52,063 nucleotides of DNA from an uncultured bacterium. Lineage in GTDB: Bacteria; CAYUVA01. Position 1 is the stretch's first letter, and every line of letters starts with the position of its first letter. The position numbers were made by a program, and so were the translations under genes. This document shows, one piece after another, positions 1 through 8,298 of the stretch. A model generated the notes under the pieces. The model saw nothing but the letters and a program-made list of their open reading frames with translations. It did no database searches and was not told the DNA's origin. The stretch lies in contig CAYUVA010000035.1 in NCBI GenBank assembly GCA_964448115.1, positions 1-52,063 on the forward strand, written 5' to 3'.

Positions 1-1867
1 TCGTCGCCGGTCCATAATCATTCTGCTCCCCGGCAGGGCACTCCTCGAAGCCCATTGAATAATGTCCCGGAGCATCGGCTCTTACGATCTCCGCCCTCTC
101 GACCCCTCTAAGCCTGACCAGCCCAATGTTCTGACTAATCCCAAGAAATGGTCCGGATGGCAATCCGCAATCCTCGGTATATTGATACCACCAGTAAAAA
201 CCTGTAAGAGCATTCGGACCTGGCACATCATTACCCGATCCGTTCCAGAATCCATAAGGAATATCATAAGACCCGGCTGCATATAAAACCTGGATATGAT
301 CCGGAATCCCTTCATCAATCATCTCCGGCGGACAGAAATAAAGGGCTGGCTTAGTAAAATGATACCAAAGAAATAAGCTCTTTCCAGAGTACAATGGAAA
401 TTCAATAGGATAATCGAGCAGCTTATTGTTTACAGTTAGCCACATCAATGGCTGATTTGGATACAACGGTAATGTATTATTGATCGTTATAAACCAAGTC
501 GGCGTGGGTGTTGGACTATATATAGGCGTTGGCGTATTAGTATATTCACTGTAGATAATATTTGCTGTCGGTATCACTGGAGTACAACAAGAGTCATTCT
601 TTTCACTATTGCTCCATTTATCGCCTGGCGAAAATAATGCCACATCGTAGTTATCGCCATATACAGCAGCCAGTACATCTCCCTGTGGATTCACTCCCAG
701 GCTTAAAGCATCGCAGATCTCTAAATCATTTAGGTTTAAGGTGTGTTGATAGTAATTGGGGTATGAGGGCATTACTTGATTATCAAAGATTATCTGGTAA
801 CTACAAACCGAACTTACCAATTGAATAGTTGGTATCTCCGAAGCCATTACATATATAGTAACCTCCTGTTCATAAGGATCGCCGTGATAGACCGATTTGT
901 CAAAGAATATAATGCCAGAAGGTGTTGGCGTTGCGGTCGGCGTAGATGGCTGAATCGGCGTAGGCGTAGCGTAAGGCTCCTCTGTAGGCATCGGCGTTGG
1001 AGTAGCGCCCTCATCATAATAGACCGTGAATACCTCGTTGCTATGTGGGCTTAAATCTTCAACCTGATAGCTTATAATTACATAATAATATGATGAAAAA
1101 TCGGAAACATCTTCATCAATGAATAATGCACTGTTATCCTGAAACAAAATTTCATTGTCCGAATCAGAGGAGATCAATTGATATATTCCGTTACTATTAA
1201 AATATTCTGCTCCGGATGGAATGCTACTTCGGTAAACCATAAAACTGCTCGGCAATCCTTCGATATTCCACAAAAGAGCTGCGCCAGTATAAATATTCTC
1301 GATATCTATTGGCTCAGGATAGTTCGGTTTGCCGCAACCTGATAGTATTATTGGTGGTAGGCTGGCATCACCCGCAGGCACTAGCCCGTAAATTGCGTTG
1401 CATTGTCTTGGATGAGAGATGGTAGAGATCTCCAATGTGAACTCATCACCAACCTGTACATCAGGAAAATTACCAAAGTCAACATAAAAAATGCCCTGCC
1501 CATCAACAACCTGATAACCTCTATCCGGGGCGATCTCACACTCGAAATTATCTTCGGTAATAATATTGCTCAAATCTCCGTTGATATAACAAATAAAAGA
1601 TATATCTCCCTCTGCAGGGCTACTTGTACCGTCCTCTAAAGATACAATCCCAGAAATGACCCCTGGCACTTCTGTGGGGGTGTTGGTTGGCGTCGCAGTA
1701 TATGTCGGTTCAGGGGTGTTAGTATTCGTAGGGGTATCGGATGGGATGGGTGAATTGGTGTTGGTAGGTGTAGGTGTCCTTGTAAAAGTTGAAGTTGGAG
1801 TCGGTGTAGGTGTGGGATCCGGCTGACACCCCTCGCAGCCGGTGAATGTGATGATGGAATATCCCAT
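1..1867 (-). CDS. Large Pro/Thr-linker-containing exported protein, possibly a lipoprotein; runs off the left edge and is absent from the ORF track
   Basis: Manual translation of the minus strand shows a stop-free frame from TGA at 2059-2057 to base 1. First in-frame ATG is 1867 (MGYSIITFTGCEGCQPDPTPTPTPTSTFTRTPTPTNT...). It has three PT-rich linkers and an FN3-like segment (LLWN...FMVYRSS...YYYVII...SPHSNEV). The true start may be TTG 1992 across the G11 tract. Confidence 0.85.
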   Translation of the reverse strand, partial: MGYSIITFTGCEGCQPDPTPTPTPTSTFTRTPTPTNTNSPIPSDTPTNTNTPEPTYTATPTNTPTEVPGVISGIVSLEDGTSSPAEGDISFICYINGDLSNIITEDNFECEIAPDRGYQVVDGQGIFYVDFGNFPDVQVGDEFTLEISTISHPRQCNAIYGLVPAGDASLPPIILSGCGKPNYPEPIDIENIYTGAALLWNIEGLPSSFMVYRSSIPSGAEYFNSNGIYQLISSDSDNEILFQDNSALFIDEDVSDFSSYYYVIISYQVEDLSPHSNEVFTVYYDEGATPTPMPTEEPYATPTPIQPSTPTATPTPSGIIFFDKSVYHGDPYEQEVTIYVMASEIPTIQLVSSVCSYQIIFDNQVMPSYPNYYQHTLNLNDLEICDALSLGVNPQGDVLAAVYGDNYDVALFSPGDKWSNSEKNDSCCTPVIPTANIIYSEYTNTPTPIYSPTPTPTWFITINNTLPLYPNQPLMWLTVNNKLLDYPIEFPLYSGKSLFLWYHFTKPALYFCPPEMIDEGIPDHIQVLYAAGSYDIPYGFWNGSGNDVPGPNALTGFYWWYQYTEDCGLPSGPFLGISQNIGLVRLRGVERAEIVRADAPGHYSMGFEECPAGEQNDYGPAT

Positions 1868-1937
1868 GATCCCTAAAAATGAACACAGTAGTATGACTTT
1901 CCATACTGGAGCTATCGGGTTACGGAAATATTCTTGC

Positions 1938-1948
1938 GGGGGGGGGGG
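1938..1948. repeat. G11 homopolymer (C11 on the coding strand) in the 5' region of the edge gene
   Basis: ttcttgc-ggggggggggg-ataat seen directly. Confidence 0.95.
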
Positions 1949-2031
1949 ATAATGCCCAATAATTGAAGTACCTTTGCTACAATGGCTATCAAAACCGCTC
2001 CCTACAACAAGTTTATATACATCTTGAATAT

Positions 2032-2060
2032 AATATAATACTTTTTTACTCTGTTGTCAA
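2032..2060 (-). promoter_or_regulatory. sigma70-type promoter for the edge gene
   Basis: Minus strand TTGACA-17 nt-TATATT. Confidence 0.65.
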
Positions 2061-2103
2061 GAGCTTAATGAACAAAACATTAAAAAGATCGATTGTTTTT
2101 TTC

Positions 2104-3141
2104 TCACCTTCTGCGTTGGTATTTGTTGACTGCATTTACATGATCTCGATAGCTGGTGCTGAATACATGCGAACCATCGTTCCTAGACACGAAAAAAAGA
2201 TAATCAACCTCAGCAGGCGAGACCGCTGCTAATAAAGCCTTCATTCTAGGATTGCAGATAGGTCCCGGCGGTAAGCCCTTGTGAACATAAGTATTATAAG
2301 GATGATCCCTGTGCAGATCCCGCTTGCTTATGTTGCCCTTATAAATGCCTAGCAGTTTCATGGAGTAAATTACCGTTGGGTCGCACTGTAAGGGCATATC
2401 CTTTTTCAGCCTGTTATGATAAACCGCTGAGACTAAAGGATATTCCTCGGAGAGCATCACCTCAGACTCTACTAGCGATGCCATTGTTATCGCACTATGC
2501 AAGTCGAGGCCAACCTTATGCGCTCGCTGGTCATAATCTGCTGGAAGGCTAGAGAACAAAGCCCTTACAACGGTCATAATCACGGACCTGGCATCGGTGC
2601 CGAGCAGAAAGCTGTATGTCTCCGGCAAGATATAACCCTCGAAATCATCATGAGGGATGCCAAGCTCCTTTAGAAGCCCCTTATCTCGCAGTATTTCATC
2701 TATGCTCTCGGCGCCGGCTATGAAATCTGATTCCCTGATGATTCGGCTCACCTCGAAGATGTCGCAACCGGGTGGGAATGTTATGCTATGCAGCACCTGC
2801 TCACCCTTGGCGAGTATGTCGAGTATGCGTTGCGGGTTCATTCGCCCATGGAGCCTGTATTCTCCAGCTTTCAGCTTTTTTGCCATGCCCCGCTTTTTAG
2901 CCAGCATCTTGAATAAAGGCGCGCTATCGATCAAATCCGCTTGTGCTAAAAGGTTTGCTATCGCATCTGCATCGGCTCCAGGCTTTATGATGATCGTCTG
3001 CGGGGCAGGGCTTCCATCGTGGAATTGTTTGCCCCAGCGATCAAGATGCGACTCGAAGGCAAGCCAGCCGATGACTGCCATTACGATCATCAAGCCGGCA
3101 GCTATTGTTATGATAAGGATATACCTTGTTCTTTTAGCCAT
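2104..3141 (-). CDS. mltG: Endolytic transglycosylase MltG (YceG family)
   Basis: N-terminal TM helix; motifs LKAGEY, EGYILPETY, ASLVESE, NRLKKDMPLQCDPTVIY, PYNTY...GLPPGPICNP, YLFFVS. Confidence 0.95.
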   Translation of the reverse strand: MAKRTRYILIITIAAGLMIVMAVIGWLAFESHLDRWGKQFHDGSPAPQTIIIKPGADADAIANLLAQADLIDSAPLFKMLAKKRGMAKKLKAGEYRLHGRMNPQRILDILAKGEQVLHSITFPPGCDIFEVSRIIRESDFIAGAESIDEILRDKGLLKELGIPHDDFEGYILPETYSFLLGTDARSVIMTVVRALFSSLPADYDQRAHKVGLDLHSAITMASLVESEVMLSEEYPLVSAVYHNRLKKDMPLQCDPTVIYSMKLLGIYKGNISKRDLHRDHPYNTYVHKGLPPGPICNPRMKALLAAVSPAEVDYLFFVSRNDGSHVFSTSYRDHVNAVNKYQRRR

Positions 3142-3539
3142 GATAAGTAGTTTTGCAAGATTAGCACCGCTGCTGCCTGGTCGATGACCTTTTTTCGTTT
3201 ATTTCTTCTCATACTGCCCTCAATCAACGCTCGTTGAGCCTCCAAGGTCGATAGCCTTTCATCCCAGGGGATGACCTTGCCTGTAAAGCGCTTTGCTAGT
3301 TTTCGCGCAAACTCCTCGATTTTTTCTCCTTGATCGCCAATTTCACCGCGCAGTGTGCGTGGAAGCCCATAGATTATGGTCTCGCACTCATGCATGATGG
3401 CTAATTCTATTATGGTGTCGATATCCTTATCTATGTTTTTGCGCACAAGCGTTTGAAGCGGATTGGCGGCGATGAGCAGCGTATCCGAGACTGCTATCCC
3501 GATCCTCACATCGCCGATGTCGATTGCCATTATGCGCAC
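3108..3539 (-). CDS. yqgF: YqgF/RuvX RNase H-like nuclease (pre-16S rRNA nuclease)
   Basis: MAIDIGDVRIGIAVSD, GLP, WDERLST, DQAAAVLILQNYL; upstream of mltG as usual. Confidence 0.93.
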   Translation of the reverse strand: MRIMAIDIGDVRIGIAVSDTLLIAANPLQTLVRKNIDKDIDTIIELAIMHECETIIYGLPRTLRGEIGDQGEKIEEFARKLAKRFTGKVIPWDERLSTLEAQRALIEGSMRRNKRKKVIDQAAAVLILQNYLSWLKEQGISLS

Positions 3540-3556
3540 GGTTTTAATAACTTAAT

Positions 3557-3838
3557 TTACAGAACCCCTCTTTTCTTTTTCATTATCTCCTCAAATGTTT
3601 TGCGGTATAGTATATCCCATTCCCTGCTACCCTCTGGCGGTGCTTTGGATAATGATTGTATGCGTTGCCTTGCTAGTTTATCGACCTGTGCATCGAGCCT
3701 CATCTCAGCTAAAATCAACTCCTTAATGAACTTACGAATCTCGTTTTTACTAGTAAGGAACTCGACACAATCATCATTTTTAAGGTTGTTAGTGATTAGA
3801 TGTGCTAGGTGGTTTATCTTTTCTGGTGATAATTTCAT
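3557..3838 (-). CDS. DUF507 family protein
   Basis: MKLSPEKINHLAH...GSREWDILYRKTFEE; paralog of the adjacent gene. Confidence 0.75.
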   Translation of the reverse strand: MKLSPEKINHLAHLITNNLKNDDCVEFLTSKNEIRKFIKELILAEMRLDAQVDKLARQRIQSLSKAPPEGSREWDILYRKTFEEIMKKKRGVL

Positions 3839-3840
3839 GA

Positions 3841-4119
3841 TTACAAGATGAGCTTGCGTTCCTTAACCAACTGTTTTTTTACCATCTTGAACATCTCATA
3901 GTATTGGATATCGTCTCTATCGATTCGGTCAGCGAACTGTTCAAGGATCTGGTGCACCTCCTTGTCCAGGTCATCCTCTACCTTTAGATCTCTATGAACG
4001 ATGTCCCTGATTAAGAGCCTAGCAGCTTCTTTATCGTTTACTTTTACCAGGCGATTCTTCTGCAGAGCCTCTATGATAAGGTCGCCCAAAAATTCGATCA
4101 TGTCCTTGGTTAGACGCAT
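3841..4119 (-). CDS. DUF507 family protein
   Basis: MRLTKDMI...EDDLDKEVHQIL...MFKMVKKQLVKERKLIL, typical DUF507 C-terminus. Confidence 0.8.
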   Translation of the reverse strand: MRLTKDMIEFLGDLIIEALQKNRLVKVNDKEAARLLIRDIVHRDLKVEDDLDKEVHQILEQFADRIDRDDIQYYEMFKMVKKQLVKERKLIL

Positions 4120-4377
4120 CTTCTCAATTTATTCTAACTTTATTATATATCAAGAATGATATTGAATGTAAAGTTGTTAATCAACCGGGATCTAAATTTT
4201 AGGTATGATTGCGGTGTCTGGCATAAATCGCTTTAGGTTATGGCCAGTCTATCAAGGTAACCTTGTCGCGTCCACTGTCTGAGTAACAAAACAGCCTGAT
4301 ATTAGGCATCTTAGTCTTGTAACTTCTCGCATATATGTTATATTTATGATGCTCAAATCAATGAAGAGGTGGGTTTT

Positions 4378-5739
4378 ATGTTGGATTATGATCTTATAGT
4401 GGTCGGCGCCGGAGCCTCAGGTTCGATTACAGCATGGACAGTTGCCAAACTCGGATATGATGTCCTGCTGGTAGATAGGCTAAAAAGTAAGGCTATAGGA
4501 CATCCCTGGCAGAATGGAGTGGAAAGAGGAGCATTTAGCGCGCTGGGGATACCAGAACCGCAACCACCGGAGCTACTGACAGCCCCCAAAAGGATCAGAT
4601 TCACATCGCACTCTGGCAAGTTAGTTGCCGATTTCCCCAATCCTATGTACGATTATACGCTAAATCAACAACTGCTTGACAAACGGCTCCTAGAGTATGC
4701 AATTGATGAGGGTGCCAGGTTGATGGATGAAAGCGAGGCGATTGACCTGGTTATAAAGGATAATTCGGTTAAAGGCGTGAGACTGCACAATAAAAAAGAT
4801 GCAGAATTCGAGGTGCGAGCAAAGATGGTGGTAGATGCTACCGGTTTTGCAGGGGCACTACGCAAAATGACCCCCTCATCATTCGAAATACAGCATGAGA
4901 TCGATGAATCCGATACCGTAAATGCAGTCGTATTCATCCACCAGGTTGACATAAATAGACTTAAGAATGCATCACAAGCTCTTAATCTTGAGCTTGATGT
5001 CTGCACCATAAGGCTTGGACATAACGGCGCCTTTTCCGCTCTTACGCTTCAAAGCGAAGGAAACATTGTTATACTTATTGGAGCTAGGAACCTTCCCGGC
5101 TATGCGGAGGCTAAGGATACCGCCGCAGAGCTTATTGAAGAGCATGATTTCATTGGGAAAAGGTTGCTTGGAGGTGGAGGTAATATTAGTATCCGCCGGC
5201 CACTTCCCAAGATGGTGGCAGACGGTTTTGCCCTGGTAGGTGAAGCTGCCTCCATGGTGGTACCGCTTATGGGGAGCGGAGTCGGCTCCGGGATGCGTGC
5301 TGGAAATATCTTAGGGAAAGTTATTGTCAGCGGGCTTATGGAAGATAATCTTAGCACCGAGAAGCTCTGGGAGTATAACAGAGAGTTCATGCGCACTCGT
5401 GGAGCAATACTAGCCTCGCAGGATGTGATCAGGCTAGCTTTGCAGAACCGAAGCCCAATGGAACAGGAGGATGTACTCGACTCCATGATGACAACGCCAA
5501 GAATTTTTCATGCCAGTATGGCTTTGAAACAAGCCAAGCCTGGGGTTAAGGAGATCCTCTACGGGTTATACGGGGCAATATCATCGCCAGTTAAAACCAT
5601 GCCGTTGATCCGAGCTTCCCTCGATGCCAATCGGGCATATAATCTTTATCGCAATTTTCCTCGTTTTTATTCTCCCGCACGGTTTCACAATTGGCGGCGA
5701 CTGGAAAAGAAAATCTTTGAATCTTATGAGAGTAAATAA
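4378..5739 (+). CDS. FAD-dependent oxidoreductase, geranylgeranyl reductase-like family
   Basis: YDLIVVGAGASG Rossmann motif, VVDATG, DGFALVGEAASMVVPLMGSGVG. ATG 4378 follows GAGGTG; the ORF track starts at GTG 4369. Confidence 0.8.
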   Translation: MLDYDLIVVGAGASGSITAWTVAKLGYDVLLVDRLKSKAIGHPWQNGVERGAFSALGIPEPQPPELLTAPKRIRFTSHSGKLVADFPNPMYDYTLNQQLLDKRLLEYAIDEGARLMDESEAIDLVIKDNSVKGVRLHNKKDAEFEVRAKMVVDATGFAGALRKMTPSSFEIQHEIDESDTVNAVVFIHQVDINRLKNASQALNLELDVCTIRLGHNGAFSALTLQSEGNIVILIGARNLPGYAEAKDTAAELIEEHDFIGKRLLGGGGNISIRRPLPKMVADGFALVGEAASMVVPLMGSGVGSGMRAGNILGKVIVSGLMEDNLSTEKLWEYNREFMRTRGAILASQDVIRLALQNRSPMEQEDVLDSMMTTPRIFHASMALKQAKPGVKEILYGLYGAISSPVKTMPLIRASLDANRAYNLYRNFPRFYSPARFHNWRRLEKKIFESYESK

Positions 5740-5770
5740 AAAAACAGTACGAAGTGCGAGGAAAAGAAGT

Positions 5771-6095
5771 CTCACGCAAAGACGCAAAGAAAAAAGGACA
5801 AGAAGCTCCATCCCCCGACCCCTTCCCCAAGTTTGGGGAAGGGGAGTCTTGAATCCCCTATCCCCTCCTAGCTCCCTTTCGCTGGGAGAGGGCTGGGGTG
5901 GGGGTCTTTCTTTCCTCTATCACTTTATCATGGTAGCACGGTATCACTTCTTTCTTTGTGCCTTTGTGGTTGAATACGCCTTTATCACTTGATCAATTTA
6001 TCACCCTATCACTGCCCGTGATTACTGGATTCCCGCCGGAGTTTACCCCGCACTTGATGCGGGGCGGGAATGACAGAAGGGGGTGCGGGAATGAC
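5771..6095. repeat. Cluster of nested REP-like palindromic repeats
   Basis: cacgcaaagacgcaaag (5773) with a near-complementary ctttgtgcctttgtg arm (~5953); perfect 12-bp stem ccccttccccaa/ttggggaagggg (5819-5844); ctggattcccgcc...ccccgcacttgatgcgggg...cgggaatgac (6025-6074); a second gcgggaatgac (6085-6095). Confidence 0.8.
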
Positions 6096-6593
6096 ATGGA
6101 GGAACCTGGTGGCGACAAAAATTATATATCAAGGGCAGCCCCCATCCCCACCTATTCGGGAGGTATGAAAATTATGACGCGCGAAATTGAGTTACCTTTT
6201 TAGGTAAATAATCTAAGTTAATTGCACGCACAAGCAATGAGAGGAAAAAGCGGAACCAAATCGATGGTTGTATGTTAATATGGTTGGAAGGGATGAAGAA
6301 GCCCTCACTAGGTTCTTTGAAGGAAAAAAGAATAAGGCAATCAAGCAAGAATAAAAAATGTTCTTTGCAATCAGGTGGAATAAAATCTTCACCTATGGTG
6401 TTATAAGTATCGTAACAGAAAAGTTCTTTGAAGGTTATGAAGTTTCTCCAGGGGTGGGGCAGGTCTCACCAAAAGGCCTACATATCTCCAATACACCGAA
6501 CCATCCATCCCTCTCTAAAGGTTCAACGAACGAGACCAAACCTCCTATGATTTACCCCCACAATGGAAGATAACCCCATCTCTTCTCCTACAA

Positions 6594-6628
6594 CATCAGG
6601 GGACAATCTCTCCGATTGTCCCCTGATG
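6594..6628. repeat. Perfect 15-bp inverted repeat (REP-like or terminator-like hairpin)
   Basis: catcaggggacaatc-tctcc-gattgtcccctgatg, ~90 nt downstream of the minus-strand rSAM gene. Confidence 0.8.
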
Positions 6629-6716
6629 CTCCCACCAAAAACTAGATACCATTATGCCATGACATCGTATTATGGTTTGTATCGGTTATTGGAAGCTGTC
6701 GGTGCTACGGTACCTC

Positions 6717-8075
6717 CTAAGACGAAAGATAAGCCAAGCCCATCTTAATGAAATACTTGATCTCCTCCAGGTCGGCATCGAATAGCCGCCTGGTTATATA
6801 CGATGGTCTCAGATAAAAACTGCGCACAAAGCGACGATGCCTCGCCTTATATACTGGATTGTCCGACTGGAAGTAGCTAACCTGGTTGTAATCAAGCACT
6901 TTCCCTTTTGAGACCAACTCCTGATATGCCTCGGTGCCTGGAAGCGGAATGAATATTGAGACCCACAGATAATCGGGGGAGATTCGCTTGGCTAGTTTCA
7001 CTGTCTCCATGAAATCTAACTCGCTTTCATCAGGCAATCCGACCATGAAGAAAGCCTTGGTTCTGATCTTGGCTTTGCGAGCGAGATCGAATGTCTTTAT
7101 CACCGTTTCGACCTTGCTCGATTTCTTCAGCTTATCGAGCATTCTCTGGCTACCGCTCTCCACGCCGAAGCCGATCAGCTTGCAGCCGGCAGCCTTCATC
7201 GCTTCGATTGTATCCTGCATCAAGCCGACCCTTGCATAACACGCCCAGTGAAACGGCTTTTTAAGATCTAGCAGCTCCTCGCAGAACTCGATAGTGCGCT
7301 TCTGGTCGATGGTAAAAGTATCATCGATGAACATGAAATAATTCGAGCCATACTTGCCATAGAGTTCCTCTATCTCGGCGAGGATGTTGCTTGGACTTCG
7401 AGAGCGAACCTTCCTGCCGAAGGTCTTGAACGAGTTGCAAAAGGTGCACTTAAATGGGCAGCCACGGCTGGAAAGAAGTCTAAACATAATCTTATCAAGC
7501 GGCACCGGGAAGCCGAACTCCACATCGCGGCGATAAAGGTCGAGGTCGAGAAGGGACCTATCCGGATACGGCATATCATCGAGGTTCTCAAAGCTATTTA
7601 GCGATGGATTATGCTTCACATCATCGTTTTGCCTGTAGGCTATGCCGGCAACATTCTCCAAGCCATCACCATCCATGATTTTAAGCAGGGTTGCTTCTCC
7701 CTCTCCTATCACGGCGATATCGGCATGGGGGATCTCATGGAGCGAGACTTCCTCTACCGAGGTTACATGTGGTCCGCCGATGATGACCTTAGCTCCAGAG
7801 TTCTTAGCTTTATTAGCCAACTTCCTGGTCGCCTCAACGAGGGGGGTTGATACCGTGATGCCGACAAACCTTGGATTGTACTCTTTTAGCGCTGCATCAA
7901 AGTCCTGGTCAACTATCTGATCGCAGATCTTGACCGAATAGCCTCCATTTTGTGCAGCGGTGGCAAGATACAACAACCCCATTGGCTGGTGCTTATCTCC
8001 CAGCCTCTTTTTTGCTGGAATGCGCTCCAGGTGGAGATCCCGCTTGGTCGGCCTCACCAGCAGAAGGTCAATCAT
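6717..8075 (-). CDS. Cobalamin-binding radical SAM protein (class B methyltransferase-like)
   Basis: PMGLLYLA, IGGPHVT, GEGEAT (B12-binding domain); SSRGCPFKCTFC (CxxxCxxC); FIDDTF, GVESGS. Confidence 0.92.
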   Translation of the reverse strand: MIDLLLVRPTKRDLHLERIPAKKRLGDKHQPMGLLYLATAAQNGGYSVKICDQIVDQDFDAALKEYNPRFVGITVSTPLVEATRKLANKAKNSGAKVIIGGPHVTSVEEVSLHEIPHADIAVIGEGEATLLKIMDGDGLENVAGIAYRQNDDVKHNPSLNSFENLDDMPYPDRSLLDLDLYRRDVEFGFPVPLDKIMFRLLSSRGCPFKCTFCNSFKTFGRKVRSRSPSNILAEIEELYGKYGSNYFMFIDDTFTIDQKRTIEFCEELLDLKKPFHWACYARVGLMQDTIEAMKAAGCKLIGFGVESGSQRMLDKLKKSSKVETVIKTFDLARKAKIRTKAFFMVGLPDESELDFMETVKLAKRISPDYLWVSIFIPLPGTEAYQELVSKGKVLDYNQVSYFQSDNPVYKARHRRFVRSFYLRPSYITRRLFDADLEEIKYFIKMGLAYLSS

Positions 8076-8185
8076 CAGAAATTCCCTTTTTAATGTTCAT
8101 AGCAATGGTAACAGGTGCTTGAACTGCTAGGTTTGCGCTTTATTTATAATACAAGCATCCGCTGTTGTCCATTTGGATACCGATA

Positions 8186-8215
8186 TTGACAACAAGGTTT
8201 CCAGGCTATTATACT
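8186..8215 (+). promoter_or_regulatory. sigma70-type promoter of tRNA-Cys
   Basis: TTGACA (8186-8191), 18 nt, TATACT (8210-8215), 11 nt before the tRNA. Confidence 0.6.
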
Positions 8216-8226
8216 AGACAAGTCAA

Positions 8227-8271
<45 letters not shown>

Positions 8272-8298
<27 letters not shown>

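Noticed and set aside
1719-1904. 61-aa His/Tyr/Thr-rich ORF, and the other short ORFs within 62-1639
   Set aside because: Alternative-frame or antisense shadows of the long minus-strand PT-rich gene.
5581-6748. Several 60-120 aa ORFs in the convergent gap
   Set aside because: They run through repeat elements, lack RBS or family motifs and overlap one another.
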